From the UHGV virus genome UHGV-0121576: DNA of 41,663 nucleotides; one strand, written 5' to 3'. Shown piece by piece: positions 41,309 through 41,663 of the stretch. The notes under the pieces were generated by a model, which worked only from the letters and a program-made list of their open reading frames with translations, ran no database searches and was not told the origin of the DNA. The translations under genes and the position numbers were made by a program. Position 1 is the stretch's first letter, and every line of letters starts with the position of its first letter. Origin of the DNA: a virus.

Positions 41309-41663
41309 ATGGCTGTTCAATCATACAAACACCAATCCCTCTTGGATAAGGGATACATTCGCATCAAGCTAAGTCGTTCTCAGCATAAGGCCATTTTTAG
41401 GGTAAGGAAAATTCGTATATGGGATACGTATGCGTATTACTATAACGGTGAAGAGGTTATTGTTGAGCACTTTCTTGCCCGATGGTTTGTAGCCCTGATT
41501 TTTGTCCCTTTTCTGTTAATTGGCACTTTGGCAGACGGTTTTCCTAGCACATGGCAGGAGCTAAAGAAATGCCTTTTCCCGCATAGATACGGTAGCCTTT
41601 CGGCAGACAGCTGGCGAGTTATACCTGGTAAACATTCTGTGGATGAGCAACCGATTGTTGATT
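41309..41663 (+). CDS. Hypothetical protein, 3-prime partial at window end
   Basis: Open frame from ATG at 41309 to the last base with no stop; contains a hydrophobic segment. Confidence 0.35.
   Translation, partial: MAVQSYKHQSLLDKGYIRIKLSRSQHKAIFRVRKIRIWDTYAYYYNGEEVIVEHFLARWFVALIFVPFLLIGTLADGFPSTWQELKKCLFPHRYGSLSADSWRVIPGKHSVDEQPIVD

Overview
This window reads as most of a temperate phage-plasmid with two halves of different ancestry. All calls are from reading the six-frame translations and the DNA by eye; protein similarities are from memory of reference sequences (lambda, F SopAB, phage 21 endolysin, N15 layout), and no database search was run.

Content, in window order:
- 1-2300 (+): an F/N15-type sopA-sopB partition operon; sopA is split by an apparent frameshift.
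- 2300-25320 (-): a complete lambda-type tail and head module (stf, lom, J, I, K, L, M, H, G-T, V, U, Z, FII, FI, E, D, C/Nu3, B, W, A, Nu1).
- 25320-25520: an uncut, lambda-like cos site, so the sequence is in the cos-joined (prophage or plasmid) form.
- 25580-27060: a duplicated cos-adjacent segment bracketing an AT-rich gene of unknown function, plus a DUF4406-like gene.
- 27100-29760 (-): Rz/Rz1, SAR endolysin, holin and an orphan DNA methyltransferase, behind a late-promoter/terminator leader.
- 29760-35650: small accessory genes, a Gp49/HTH toxin-antitoxin pair, a five-gene overlapping cluster of unknowns, an exonuclease and a Q-like ORF.
- 35640-40790: divergent Cro-like and CI-like repressor genes, then an N15-type RepA (1331 aa).

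No integrase, transposase, tRNA, CRISPR array or protelomerase was seen in the window.

The most interesting candidates are:
1. Five copies of an 18-bp sopC-like palindrome scattered across the right half, sitting at the late promoter, inside repA, and around the duplicated segment.
2. The repeat-bracketed cargo gene beside cos.
3. The unannotatable five-gene cluster at 31.5-33.9 kb.

I could not identify a defined new defence system from sequence alone; these are the places I would look first.
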